Source: Candidatus Dojkabacteria bacterium
GTDB taxonomy: Bacteria > Patescibacteriota > Dojkabacteria > SC72
Direction: 5' to 3'
Assembly (NCBI GenBank): GCA_050950165.1
Contig: JBMNHC010000001.1
Coordinates: 191,151 to 255,150, forward strand
Length of the DNA: 64,000 nt
Of the stretch, positions 30,056 through 39,640 are shown piece by piece. Position numbers and translations under genes: made by a program. Below the pieces are notes generated by a model. That model was not told the DNA's origin, searched no databases, and saw only the letters and a list, made by a program, of their open reading frames with translations. How positions within the stretch are numbered: the first letter of the stretch is position 1; each line of letters begins with the position of its first letter.

Positions 30056-30072
30056 AAATCTATATTAATACT

Positions 30073-30705
30073 TTAACTCTTCTTTGTCTTTTTAACAGGC
30101 TTTGTTGCTCTCTTTTCTTTCCTCTCTTTCTTTTTCTGCTCTTTTTTCTCTGCTCTCTTTTTCTCCTCCTTAATCTTTCTCTCTTTATCTACCTCTTTCT
30201 TTGCCTCTACCCTATCTCTCATATTTTTCATCCTAGAAAGAACCCTTGCATTTCTTAATCTCTTTAAAGCCTCGTATGTTGCATAAGCAGAAACTATTGA
30301 ATCTGTAGTACCTAGTAATTTACCATACACATTCTCTATACCTGCTAACTCCAAAACAACCCTAACTGATGAACCAGCAATTACACCAGTACCAGGTCTT
30401 GCAGGCCTAAGTAGAACCTTTGCTGCTCCCTCCTTATGCAAAATCTCATGAGGGATAGTGTCACCTACTAATTGAATCTTCTTCATTTTCTTTGTTGCAA
30501 TTCTCTCTCCTTTCTCTACAGCACTCTTAGTATCTACTCCCCTACCTAATCCAACTCCAACAGACCCTGCACGATCTCCAACAACTACCATTGCACTAAA
30601 TCTAAGCCTCTTTCCACCCTTAGTTACTTTAGCAACTCTGCGAATAGAGACAGTTTTCTTATCATATGCAGATCTCTCTTTTTGAGTTTTACTTTTATTA
30701 AACAT
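30073..30705 (-). CDS. rpsE: 30S ribosomal protein S5 with Lys/Glu-rich C-terminal extension
   Basis: S5 core plus a ~50-aa KEKKRAEKKEQKKKERK tail. Confidence 0.9.
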   Translation of the reverse strand: MFNKSKTQKERSAYDKKTVSIRRVAKVTKGGKRLRFSAMVVVGDRAGSVGVGLGRGVDTKSAVEKGERIATKKMKKIQLVGDTIPHEILHKEGAAKVLLRPARPGTGVIAGSSVRVVLELAGIENVYGKLLGTTDSIVSAYATYEALKRLRNARVLSRMKNMRDRVEAKKEVDKERKIKEEKKRAEKKEQKKKERKEKRATKPVKKTKKS

Positions 30706-30717
30706 TCAATTATTTAA

Positions 30718-31047
30718 CTAAATCTTAATTCCATTCTTCTTTAGCTCCTCTACAAACAGAGCTATTAACCCATGATATCTATACCCACTTCTATCAAATA
30801 CCACCTCTTTAATCTTCTTCTTCTTTAAATCAGAAGCAAACTTTTTAGACATCTCAACTATCCCCTCTCTTCTCCTCTCTGCTCTCTCTCCCATCAGTAC
30901 AACACCTTTCTCATCATCAGCAACTCCACTATAAAAGTATCTGTTGCTTTTAAAAACAAATACCCTTGGTTTATCAGAACTACCTACTAGATTCTTTCTA
31001 ATATGCATCTTTCTTCTCTCTCTTTTTTCTGCTTTATTCTTTTTCAT
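30718..31047 (-). CDS. rplR: 50S ribosomal protein L18
   Basis: Synteny and L18 C-terminal FDRSGYRYHG. Confidence 0.85.
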   Translation of the reverse strand: MKKNKAEKRERRKMHIRKNLVGSSDKPRVFVFKSNRYFYSGVADDEKGVVLMGERAERRREGIVEMSKKFASDLKKKKIKEVVFDRSGYRYHGLIALFVEELKKNGIKI

Positions 31048-31048
31048 A

Positions 31049-31606
31049 CTATGCTATTACACTTGATTTAGAACTCTTTCTTCTAACATACTCTCCCTCA
31101 TATCTAATACCCTTACCTTTGTAAGGCTCAGGCTTTCTAATACCTCTAATCTTTGCTGCAAATTGCCCAACCCCCTGTTTATCATGACCTTTAATTACAA
31201 TCTTTGTTTCTTCTGGTACTTCAATTTTAATACCCTCTGGACTCTCTACCTTAACAGGATGATTCCAACCCAAATTCATCACAAGAGTCTCTCCTTCCAT
31301 CTTTGCTCTGTACCCTACACCTACTAATTCTAATCTTTTCTCAAAATCTTCTTTTATTCCCTTTACTGCATTTGCAAGAATTGCTCTAAAAGTACCATGC
31401 AAAGACTTAGTAAGTTTCTCATCATCAACTCTAGTAAGAAGCAAAGCATTCTCCTTTACCTCTGCCTTTAATTGCTCTGGTAATCTAACAACATTCTCCT
31501 TACCAGATCCAGAAACAACTACCTTTCTTCCATCTACTACTACTTCTACTCCTTCTTCTATTGTTATTGGGGCTAACCCTATTCTAGACATCTCTTTAAT
31601 TACCAA
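31049..31606 (-). CDS. rplF: 50S ribosomal protein L6
   Basis: Two-domain L6 with GVGYRA motif. Confidence 0.9.
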   Translation of the reverse strand: MVIKEMSRIGLAPITIEEGVEVVVDGRKVVVSGSGKENVVRLPEQLKAEVKENALLLTRVDDEKLTKSLHGTFRAILANAVKGIKEDFEKRLELVGVGYRAKMEGETLVMNLGWNHPVKVESPEGIKIEVPEETKIVIKGHDKQGVGQFAAKIRGIRKPEPYKGKGIRYEGEYVRRKSSKSSVIA

Positions 31607-31977
31607 ACTTTACATATTAACTCTCCTCCTAATTTCTCACTCTTGGCTTGAGAGCCTGTCATGAGACCTTTGGAGGTAGAAATAATGGAAATACCTCTAC
31701 CATTCATAACTGGTACAATCTCTCTACTACTAACATATATTCTTTGTCCAGGACTACTAACTCTTTTAAACTTAGTCACTACTGGCTCAGAACCATCATA
31801 TTTTACAACTACCTCAATATTCTGCCCCTCTGTTTTAAAATCTTCTATCATTTCTTCTTCCTTAAGAACTCTTAAAAGCTCACCATTCATCTTAGTAAGA
31901 GGTACTAATACTGATTCCTTTCTTCTCTCTATTCCATTTTGTAATCTAGCTAAAAAATCTGCTACTAAATCGTTCAT
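31600..31977 (-). CDS. rpsH: 30S ribosomal protein S8
   Basis: MNDLVADFLARLQNG. Confidence 0.9.
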   Translation of the reverse strand: MNDLVADFLARLQNGIERRKESVLVPLTKMNGELLRVLKEEEMIEDFKTEGQNIEVVVKYDGSEPVVTKFKRVSSPGQRIYVSSREIVPVMNGRGISIISTSKGLMTGSQAKSEKLGGELICKVW

Positions 31978-31994
31978 TGTATATATTTAATAAA

Positions 31995-32210
31995 TTACCA
32001 TATTGCTTTTTTAACACCAGGAACTTTACCATCACTGGCCAACTTCCTAAAACAAATTCTACATATTCCATAATGTCGTATATATCCTCTTGCTCTACCA
32101 CAAAGTTCACACCTGTTATATACCCTGGTTCTAAACTTTGATTTTTTCTTCAATTGTTTAGCTTTATGCTCTTTAGCTTCTGTTGACATCTCTCTTAAAT
32201 GGGAACCCAA
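31995..32210 (-). CDS. rpsN: 30S ribosomal protein S14 (zinc-binding type Z)
   Basis: [22 protein letters not shown]...GVKKAIW. The start may instead be the internal M at 32189. Confidence 0.85.
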   Translation of the reverse strand: MGSHLREMSTEAKEHKAKQLKKKSKFRTRVYNRCELCGRARGYIRHYGICRICFRKLASDGKVPGVKKAIW

Positions 32211-32727
32211 ACTTATCTAAAAATAGCTTAGCCTCTTTATCACTCTTTGCAGTTGTTACAATAACTACTTGTAAACTTCTAACTCTTCGAATATTGTTAG
32301 CATCAATCTCTGGAAATACTGTATGATCCTCAATACCAACGGAGTAGTTTCCTGCACCATCAAATGCCTCTGGATCAAGACCTCTAAAATCTTTTACCCT
32401 AGGAAATACTACATTAACTAACTTATCAAAGAACTCCCACATTCTCTCTCCTCTTAAAATTACAGAAACCCCTATCTCCATACCTTCTCTAATCTTAAAA
32501 GCAGACACAGCCTTTTTAGCTCTGTTTACTACTGGCTTCTGCCCAGTAATCTGTGTAACAATACCAACAATATCTTCTAATGCCTCTGCCTCTTTAATAG
32601 CGGCACCAGCACCAACATTTACTACTATCTTCTTCAGAGTAGGTACCTCCATTACATTGGTGTATCCCTGCTCTTTCATTAGCTCATTCCTTATTCTATT
32701 GTTATATTCATCTCTTAATCTTGCCAT
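32173..32727 (-). CDS. rplE: 50S ribosomal protein L5
   Basis: Conserved L5 core. Synteny. Confidence 0.9.
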   Translation of the reverse strand: MARLRDEYNNRIRNELMKEQGYTNVMEVPTLKKIVVNVGAGAAIKEAEALEDIVGIVTQITGQKPVVNRAKKAVSAFKIREGMEIGVSVILRGERMWEFFDKLVNVVFPRVKDFRGLDPEAFDGAGNYSVGIEDHTVFPEIDANNIRRVRSLQVVIVTTAKSDKEAKLFLDKFGFPFKRDVNRS

Positions 32728-32729
32728 AT

Positions 32730-33137
32730 TTATTTTGTTTCTTTCTTACTTTTAACTACTTTCTTCTTAGTTTCAGTTTTCTTTTTAGCTTTAACCTTCT
32801 TAACCTCTTTCTTCTTCTCTTCTTTTACAACCTCAATACTCTTATTACACTTCTTACAAATTCTAACAACACTATCCTTCTCTCTTTTTATTCCAACCCT
32901 AGTACTCTTACCACAGCTATTACAAACCATCATCACCTTAGACACATCCATAGGTTTTGTTATATTTAATATCTCTGACACCTTACCCCTTCCATCTCCT
33001 TTTACATGCCTCTTATACATATTTACTCCCTCAACAACAACCTTAGCCCTCTTAATATCTACAGCAACAACCTTACCCTGCTTACCAGCATCTTTACCAT
33101 ACAAAACTTTTACCATATCTCCCTTTTTAATCTTCAT
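32730..33137 (-). CDS. rplX: 50S ribosomal protein L24 with CxxC...CxxC motif and Lys-rich tail
   Basis: KOW motif KIKKGDMVKVLYGKDAGKQGKV. CNSCGK...CKKCNK in the C-terminal half followed by a K-rich extension. ATG at 33137 is preferred. Confidence 0.85.
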   Translation of the reverse strand: MKIKKGDMVKVLYGKDAGKQGKVVAVDIKRAKVVVEGVNMYKRHVKGDGRGKVSEILNITKPMDVSKVMMVCNSCGKSTRVGIKREKDSVVRICKKCNKSIEVVKEEKKKEVKKVKAKKKTETKKKVVKSKKETK

Positions 33138-33153
33138 TTTTATTTTTATTAAA

Positions 33154-33522
33154 TTACAATACTTCTGGTGCAAGAGATACAATCTTATCAAAACCCTTCT
33201 CCTTTAACTCTCTTGCTACTGGACCCAATATTCTAGTCCCTCTAGGATTTTTCTTATTATCTATTATTACTGCCGCATTATCATCAAACCTAATATATGA
33301 TCCATCTACTCTCTTATGTTCTTTCTTTACCCTAACTACTACTGCAAGTAACATCTCATGTCTCTTAACAGCACTATTTGGTAAAGCTTTTTGTATAGAG
33401 ACCTTCACAATATCTCCCAACCCTGCATACCTAACCCTAGAGTATCCAGGGATACCAATAACCTTCCCTATCTTTGCTCCACTGTTATCCACTATTTTTA
33501 AAAATGTTTCTCTTTGTACCAT
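33154..33522 (-). CDS. rplN: 50S ribosomal protein L14
   Basis: [20 protein letters not shown] at 33522. Confidence 0.9.
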   Translation of the reverse strand: MVQRETFLKIVDNSGAKIGKVIGIPGYSRVRYAGLGDIVKVSIQKALPNSAVKRHEMLLAVVVRVKKEHKRVDGSYIRFDDNAAVIIDNKKNPRGTRILGPVARELKEKGFDKIVSLAPEVL

Positions 33523-33524
33523 AT

Positions 33525-33776
33525 CTATTTCTTTACAACTATCCATCTAACATTCTTAGAGTAAGGCCTAGACTCTCTAATTACTACCTTATCTCCAATT
33601 TCTAACTCCTCATCAGTACGAGCAAAGAAGATCTTTCTTCTGTTAATTACCTTCTTGTAGACAGGATGAGACTGAGTAGTATCTACTCTAACCTTTACAG
33701 TCTTCTCCATCTTGTTGTTCACCACAACTCCTTCTAATTCTCTTTTCTTTCCCTTCTTGCTCTCACTATTTTCCAT
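33525..33776 (-). CDS. rpsQ: 30S ribosomal protein S17
   Basis: 83 aa, OB fold. Synteny. Confidence 0.85.
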   Translation of the reverse strand: MENSESKKGKKRELEGVVVNNKMEKTVKVRVDTTQSHPVYKKVINRRKIFFARTDEELEIGDKVVIRESRPYSKNVRWIVVKK

Positions 33777-33845
33777 TTTTATTTATATATATTTTATCTA
33801 TTAAAACGGCTTGTATTCTACCAATTAAAAGCTTTTATCTCAACC

Positions 33846-34259
33846 CTAATTCTCTTTTTTAGATACAAACTTAGTCTTTACTGAAAGCTTCTGAGCACCA
33901 AGTCTCATAGCCTCCATAGCTTCTTGCCTATCTACACCACTAATCTCAAAAAGAACTGTACCTGGTCTTACTACTGCAACATATCCTTCTACCTCACCCT
34001 TTCCTGCAATCATCTTACTGTTAGTACCCTTCTGAGTATATGGTTTGTGAGGAAAAATCTTAATCCACACCTTACCCTTTCTCTTCATAGATCCTGTAAT
34101 TGCTCTTCTAGCAGCTTCAATCTCTCTAGATTTTATCCATCCAGACTGAGCTGACTTAAGACCATATTCACCGAAGGTAATTGTGCTATTTACAGTAGCA
34201 ATACCTCCCATTTTTCCTCTCATCTCTTTCCTATATTTTCTTTTCTTTGGTTGTAGCAT
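33846..34259 (-). CDS. rplP: 50S ribosomal protein L16
   Basis: MLQPKKRKYRK... Confidence 0.9.
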   Translation of the reverse strand: MLQPKKRKYRKEMRGKMGGIATVNSTITFGEYGLKSAQSGWIKSREIEAARRAITGSMKRKGKVWIKIFPHKPYTQKGTNSKMIAGKGEVEGYVAVVRPGTVLFEISGVDRQEAMEAMRLGAQKLSVKTKFVSKKEN

Positions 34260-34278
34260 ACTTGTATATTAAAATATA

Positions 34279-34920
34279 TTACTCTTCAATATCTGTTTTA
34301 TCTCCCTTATATACCCACACTTTTATACCCATTAATCCTGCATCTAGAGTCTCTGCTGTTCCCTCTGCATAGTCGATATCTGCCTTAAATGTCTGAACAG
34401 GTACTGACCCAGCATTTACCTTAACTGTTCTAGCTTGACTAGCATTATTAATACGACCAGATACCCATATCCTTATTCCCTTAGCACCTGCCATCATAGC
34501 TTTCTCTTTTGCATTAGCAACTAAAAGCTTAGAAGGCTGTCTCCTTTGGATACCTTCCGCTATTGAATCTGCAATTATCTTTGCTGAAAGATCTGCCTTC
34601 TTTACCTCTCTAATTTTAACCTCAACATCCTTCTTGGTCATTTTGGAAAGTTTCTTCTGTAAAAGATCTATACCTTCTCCTCCTCTACCGATAGCTACAC
34701 CTGGTCTAGCAACAAAAATCTCTATCTCTATCTTATTTAAAGTCCTTTTAATAGTAATATTATCTATACCAGCATCTTTCATCTTTTCAGATACCATCTT
34801 CTTAATCTTTACATCTTCAGCAAAAATATCTGCATACTTTGCTTTTCTTGCATACCAAACAGAATCCCATGTCTTGTTCAATCCCATTCGTACTGCATTT
34901 ACATTAACTTTTCTTCCCAT
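34279..34920 (-). CDS. rpsC: 30S ribosomal protein S3
   Basis: KH domain and S3 C-terminal domain. Confidence 0.9.
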   Translation of the reverse strand: MGRKVNVNAVRMGLNKTWDSVWYARKAKYADIFAEDVKIKKMVSEKMKDAGIDNITIKRTLNKIEIEIFVARPGVAIGRGGEGIDLLQKKLSKMTKKDVEVKIREVKKADLSAKIIADSIAEGIQRRQPSKLLVANAKEKAMMAGAKGIRIWVSGRINNASQARTVKVNAGSVPVQTFKADIDYAEGTAETLDAGLMGIKVWVYKGDKTDIEE

Positions 34921-35261
34921 TACTTTACACTTAATTCTAAATTAATATGTGATCTTCTCTTCTTTATTCTAGAAACTCTCCCTTTAGAAGCAAATCTCCA
35001 TCTCTTCAATATCGGAGCCTCATCTACAGAGAGATGAGATATTACTAAATCTCCTTCATCTACATTAAACATCTCTTTTGCACTAGCAATTGCATTCAAC
35101 ATTGCCTCTTTTAGTACCTTAATTCCCTTCCTGTTTTCTACCTGAAGAATATCAAGAGCCTCTGAGACACTTTTACCCCTAAGCATATCTGCAACTAATC
35201 TCAACTTCTGTGGAGACTGTGCAATATTTTTTACTTTTATCTTTGTACTTTTAACTTCCAT
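34920..35261 (-). CDS. rplV: 50S ribosomal protein L22
   Basis: Synteny and L22 core. Confidence 0.85.
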   Translation of the reverse strand: MEVKSTKIKVKNIAQSPQKLRLVADMLRGKSVSEALDILQVENRKGIKVLKEAMLNAIASAKEMFNVDEGDLVISHLSVDEAPILKRWRFASKGRVSRIKKRRSHINLELSVK

Positions 35262-35277
35262 ATATATTTTCTAAATA

Positions 35278-35583
35278 TTATTCTTCAAATCTACCGCTAC
35301 TACCGTAGACCTTAGCTAATTTACCTTTCTTTGCATGACCTCTAAACTTTCTAGTAGCTACAAACTCTCCTAACTTATGCCCTATCATTGACTCTTCAAT
35401 TAAAACATCCTCATGCTTCTTTCCTCCATGTACTGCAAATGTCAAACCAACCATCTCTGGTGTAATCGTAGATGCTCTAGCCCACGTTTTAATAGGTTTT
35501 CTACTTCCACTCTTAAGAGCCTCTTCTACTTTCTTCTGTATATTTTTATCTACAAATGGTCCTTTTTTTAGTGATCTTGACAT
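35278..35583 (-). CDS. rpsS: 30S ribosomal protein S19
   Basis: [12 protein letters not shown]... Confidence 0.9.
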   Translation of the reverse strand: MSRSLKKGPFVDKNIQKKVEEALKSGSRKPIKTWARASTITPEMVGLTFAVHGGKKHEDVLIEESMIGHKLGEFVATRKFRGHAKKGKLAKVYGSSGRFEE

Positions 35584-35600
35584 ACCTAAAAATCAAAAAA

Positions 35601-36449
35601 TTATTTCTTAGCAAAAGGCCTTGTCTTAGTCCTTCTCCTCTTTATTATATATTTATCTGTTCTCTTGTTCTTTCTTGTTCTTGTTCCAATTCTGTTACCC
35701 CAAATATCTTTAGCCTGACCGATAGAACCCTTACCCTCACCACCACCGTGTGGATGCTCTACTGAGTGCATAGCCATACCTCTAACTGTAGGTCTCCAAC
35801 CCAAGTTCCTCTTTCTACCTGCCTTACCTAATTTAATGTTAAGGTTGTCTTCATTTCCTACCTGTCCAATTGTTGCCATAGCGTCTGCTGGTACTAACCT
35901 AATCTCTCCAGAAGACATCTTAATCTGTACATACTTACCTGTAGGATCGATACCCTGTACTACTATCTCCTGTCCTGCAGATCTACCAAATGTCGCTCCC
36001 TTCCCAACCCTATTCTCTACACAGTGAACAACTGTACCAGATGGAATATTCTTTATTCTCATTGCATTACCTGGTAAAAGATCAACCTTCTCACCAGAGA
36101 CTAAAACATCTCCAACACTGACTCCCTTTGGAGCAATTATATATCTTTTATCTCCATCAACATACTGTAAAAGTGCCAAGTAAGCTGTTCTGTTAGGATC
36201 AAAGTAAAGACCTACTACTTTTCCTTCAATGCCAAACTTATCTCTTTTAAAGTCAATAACTCTAATTCTTCTCTTAAAACCACCTCCTCTATGCCTTACA
36301 GTTATCTTCCCTTGGTTATTCCTTCCTGCTTTTTGCTTCTTAGGCAAAGTTAACCTCCTTGGACCTGACTTCTTCTCTAAATGAGACCTGTCTTCCAACT
36401 TGGTTCCTCTGCGTGTTGAAGTTGTAGCTTTAAATGATCTAACTGCCAT
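35601..36449 (-). CDS. rplB: 50S ribosomal protein L2
   Basis: ...HPHGGGEGK... conserved L2 signature. Confidence 0.9.
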   Translation of the reverse strand: MAVRSFKATTSTRRGTKLEDRSHLEKKSGPRRLTLPKKQKAGRNNQGKITVRHRGGGFKRRIRVIDFKRDKFGIEGKVVGLYFDPNRTAYLALLQYVDGDKRYIIAPKGVSVGDVLVSGEKVDLLPGNAMRIKNIPSGTVVHCVENRVGKGATFGRSAGQEIVVQGIDPTGKYVQIKMSSGEIRLVPADAMATIGQVGNEDNLNIKLGKAGRKRNLGWRPTVRGMAMHSVEHPHGGGEGKGSIGQAKDIWGNRIGTRTRKNKRTDKYIIKRRRTKTRPFAKK

Positions 36450-36450
36450 A

Positions 36451-36744
36451 TTAAGTATTTAAAAATTCATCAATTTTATCTCCCTTTTTAAGAGTTACAA
36501 CAGCTTTTCTAATATCACTCCTTCTACCTTTTCTATTTGTCCTCATATCAACCTTCATCTTCCCAGGTTTAATTACAATATTTACATTCTCTACAACAAC
36601 CTTATATTTCTTCTCTATTTCATCTTTAATCTCAATCTTATTAGCCTGTTTACCAACTACAAAAGTATATTTATTTTCAGCATTAGCAAGAGCATAGCTC
36701 TTTTCCGATATTACTGGCTTTATTACTATACTTTTATTTTTCAT
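36451..36744 (-). CDS. rplW: 50S ribosomal protein L23
   Basis: Synteny between L4 and L2. 97 aa. Confidence 0.85.
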   Translation of the reverse strand: MKNKSIVIKPVISEKSYALANAENKYTFVVGKQANKIEIKDEIEKKYKVVVENVNIVIKPGKMKVDMRTNRKGRRSDIRKAVVTLKKGDKIDEFLNT

Positions 36745-37342
36745 TCCCTAATCTTTCTTCTAATACCTTAATTGCTTCGTTATCAACTAATATCTTTTTT
36801 GCATCAACAACATGCTTTACATTAACCTTTAAAGGATCTCTTACTGTAGCATTAGTTGTATTCCTTAAAGCTAGAGATACATTCTGCTCAGCAGAGATGA
36901 ATAAAGTTTTAGAATCTATATCCTTAGTTAAAGTAGATCTTAATTCCTTAAGTTCTTTATCACTATCTATATTTACAAACTCTAAATCTTTATCACTTAA
37001 TCTTTTAGAAAGCATCACACACAAAGCTTTCTTTACCATCTTCTTATTTATCCCCCTCTTCCAATTCCTATCTATCGGTCCAAATGTAACACCTCCACCA
37101 ACCCAAAGAGGAGATCTAATGGAACCAGCTCTCGCTCTACCTGTTCCTTTCTGCCTCCATGGCTTTCTACCTCCACCTCTAACATCTCCTTTACCCTTTA
37201 CTAAAGATGTGCCTTTTCTCTCATTGCTAAAGAAGACATAGAGTACTTGAGCAACTAAATCCTCGTTGTATGGAACTTTCCATACTTTAGGATTTAATTT
37301 TGTCTCTTTACTTTTAGTTGTTTTTACTTCTTTCTTAGGCAT
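36734..37342 (-). CDS. rplD: 50S ribosomal protein L4
   Basis: GGGRKPWRQKGTGRAR. Confidence 0.9.
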   Translation of the reverse strand: MPKKEVKTTKSKETKLNPKVWKVPYNEDLVAQVLYVFFSNERKGTSLVKGKGDVRGGGRKPWRQKGTGRARAGSIRSPLWVGGGVTFGPIDRNWKRGINKKMVKKALCVMLSKRLSDKDLEFVNIDSDKELKELRSTLTKDIDSKTLFISAEQNVSLALRNTTNATVRDPLKVNVKHVVDAKKILVDNEAIKVLEERLGNEK

Positions 37343-37347
37343 ATATA

Positions 37348-37929
37348 TTATTTACTAAAAACTACTACTAAACTTCCATTAGAACCTGGTACTGGACCTC
37401 CAATTAAGATAAAGGTATCCTTTACATCTACAACTTTCTTGTTCTTAAGCGTAATCTTCTTACCTCCCATTCTTCCTGCCATTTTCTTACCTTTAAACAC
37501 CCTACCAGGATCTGCACCTGCTCCAATTGACCCAGGAGCTCTTAATCTATCTGATTGACCATGTGTTCTTGGTCCTCCACCAAAACCCCATCTTTTTACC
37601 ACTCCTGCAAATCCCTTACCTTTAGAGATACCACTTAGAGAAACACTCTCTCCTTTTTCAAATATTTCTCCCTTAACATCACTACCTATTTTCATATCTT
37701 CAGTAGGCTCTATTTTGAATACCTTAGTATATCTAGGTACAAAGCCTAACTCCTTGTACTGACCTTCTAAAGATTTCTTTCCTTTCTTTTTTCCAAGAGC
37801 TAACTCTACCTCTCCATCTCTAATATTGGCTATCTTGCAACCCTCAACATCGATAATAGTGACTGGTACAGCCTTCTCACCGTCAAATACTCTTGTCATT
37901 CCTTTTTTAATTCCTAGTATAGCCTTCAT
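37348..37929 (-). CDS. rplC: 50S ribosomal protein L3
   Basis: GKGFAGVVKRWGF.GGP.THG. Confidence 0.9.
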   Translation of the reverse strand: MKAILGIKKGMTRVFDGEKAVPVTIIDVEGCKIANIRDGEVELALGKKKGKKSLEGQYKELGFVPRYTKVFKIEPTEDMKIGSDVKGEIFEKGESVSLSGISKGKGFAGVVKRWGFGGGPRTHGQSDRLRAPGSIGAGADPGRVFKGKKMAGRMGGKKITLKNKKVVDVKDTFILIGGPVPGSNGSLVVVFSK

Positions 37930-37945
37930 TTTCGTATAAATATTA

Positions 37946-38257
37946 TTACTGTATTTCTATCTCAACCCCTGCTGGCATCTGTAGATGCTGAAGCGAATCA
38001 ATGGTCTTTGGGGTAGGATCAATGATATCGATTACCCTCTTATGGGTACCTATCTCAAAATGTTCAATTGAACTCTTATAGATGAATGGAGATCTGTTTA
38101 CTGCCATCTTTCTCCTTTTCGTAGGTAGAGGAATAGGTCCTGCTACCTTTGCACCAGTACTTATCGCAGACTCTATGATACTTTTAGCAGACTTATCCAG
38201 TACTACTGCATCATAACCTCTAAGCTTAACTCGTATTCTTGCTGTTGCATCACTCAT
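37946..38257 (-). CDS. rpsJ: 30S ribosomal protein S10
   Basis: 103 aa. First gene of the S10 operon. Confidence 0.9.
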   Translation of the reverse strand: MSDATARIRVKLRGYDAVVLDKSAKSIIESAISTGAKVAGPIPLPTKRRKMAVNRSPFIYKSSIEHFEIGTHKRVIDIIDPTPKTIDSLQHLQMPAGVEIEIQ

Positions 38258-38327
38258 TCTATCTTAAAGAGCTAAATTAAACTATTAAAGCAGAGAGGTA
38301 AACTTAATTACCTCTCTGCAGTATTTT

Positions 38328-39506
38328 TTATTTTATAATTTCAGTTACAATTCCCTTACCTACGGTTTGTCCACCCTCACGGATAGCAAATCCTTGCCCC
38401 TTCTCTATTACTACTGGAGCTACTAAGGTTACTGTAAACTCAGTATTATCACCAGGAGCTACTAATTCAACTCCTTCTGAAAGTTTTACCTCTCCTGTGA
38501 CATCTGCTGTTCTAACGTAGAACTGTGGCTTATACCCACTAACAAATGGAGTATGTCTTCCACCTTCCTCTTTGTTCAAGATATATACCTCAGCTTTAAA
38601 CTCTGTATGAGTCTCTACTGAACCAGGCTTGGAAAGAGTTTGACCTCTCTCTACATCTGTTCTCTTAAACCCTCTTAGTAAAATACCTACGTTATCTCCT
38701 GCCTGACACTCTTTCATAGATTTATTAAACATCTCAATACCTGTAACAGCTGTCTTCTGAGGTTTTCTTCCCATTCCTAATACATCAACCTCTTCTGCTA
38801 GCTTAATTACACCTCTCTCTACTCTACCTGTAACAACTGTACCTCTTCCTTCAATAGAGAAGACATCTTCGATAGGCATTAAGAATGGCTTCTCAATATC
38901 TCTCTCTGGCAACTCAATATATTCATCAACCACCTTCATCAACTCCTTAATATCTTCTTTACCCTCTTCCTCTCCATTGAATGCTTTTAGTGCATTACCA
39001 ACAACAATTGGAGTGTCAGCATCATATCCATACTTGTTCAAAAGCTCTTGAATATCTGCTTTGATAAGTTCTAATATCTCATCATCTGCATCTCCAAACT
39101 TGTTAATAAATACTACTAACTTAGGTACACCAACCTGCTTTGCAAGAAGTAAGTGCTCCTTTGTTTGAGGCATAGCACCATCATCAGATGAAACTACTAA
39201 AATTGCTCCATCCATCTGTGCTGCACCCGTGATCATATTCTTAATGTAGTCTTTGTGACCTGGGCAATCTACTAATGCATAGTGCCTGTTATCAGTCTCA
39301 AACTCTACGTGTGCAACTGAGATAGTAATAGACTTGTCTCGAGCCTCTGGATCTTTGTCCAATTTGTCGATCATCTTTGCGTCTATTTGTGCATCCCCTG
39401 AAGAGAATGTCTTAATGATACCGCGAACCAAAGTTGTCTTACCGTGATCGATATGACCTAAGGTTCCGATATTCATGTGTGGCTTTGTTCTATTAAATTC
39501 TGCCAT
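38328..39506 (-). CDS. tuf: Elongation factor Tu
   Basis: [19 protein letters not shown]-domain motifs. 392 aa. Confidence 0.95.
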   Translation of the reverse strand: MAEFNRTKPHMNIGTLGHIDHGKTTLVRGIIKTFSSGDAQIDAKMIDKLDKDPEARDKSITISVAHVEFETDNRHYALVDCPGHKDYIKNMITGAAQMDGAILVVSSDDGAMPQTKEHLLLAKQVGVPKLVVFINKFGDADDEILELIKADIQELLNKYGYDADTPIVVGNALKAFNGEEEGKEDIKELMKVVDEYIELPERDIEKPFLMPIEDVFSIEGRGTVVTGRVERGVIKLAEEVDVLGMGRKPQKTAVTGIEMFNKSMKECQAGDNVGILLRGFKRTDVERGQTLSKPGSVETHTEFKAEVYILNKEEGGRHTPFVSGYKPQFYVRTADVTGEVKLSEGVELVAPGDNTEFTVTLVAPVVIEKGQGFAIREGGQTVGKGIVTEIIK

Positions 39507-39640
39507 GAATATAAAATAAATAATTTATATAAATATATTGTTTACCTCTACAATTAATTGTCTACTTAGTATTAATAAGCAAACCTGCGCTGAATATTAT
39601 CAAAAAGACAGAAGATATGCAAGTATCTAATTACTAATTT

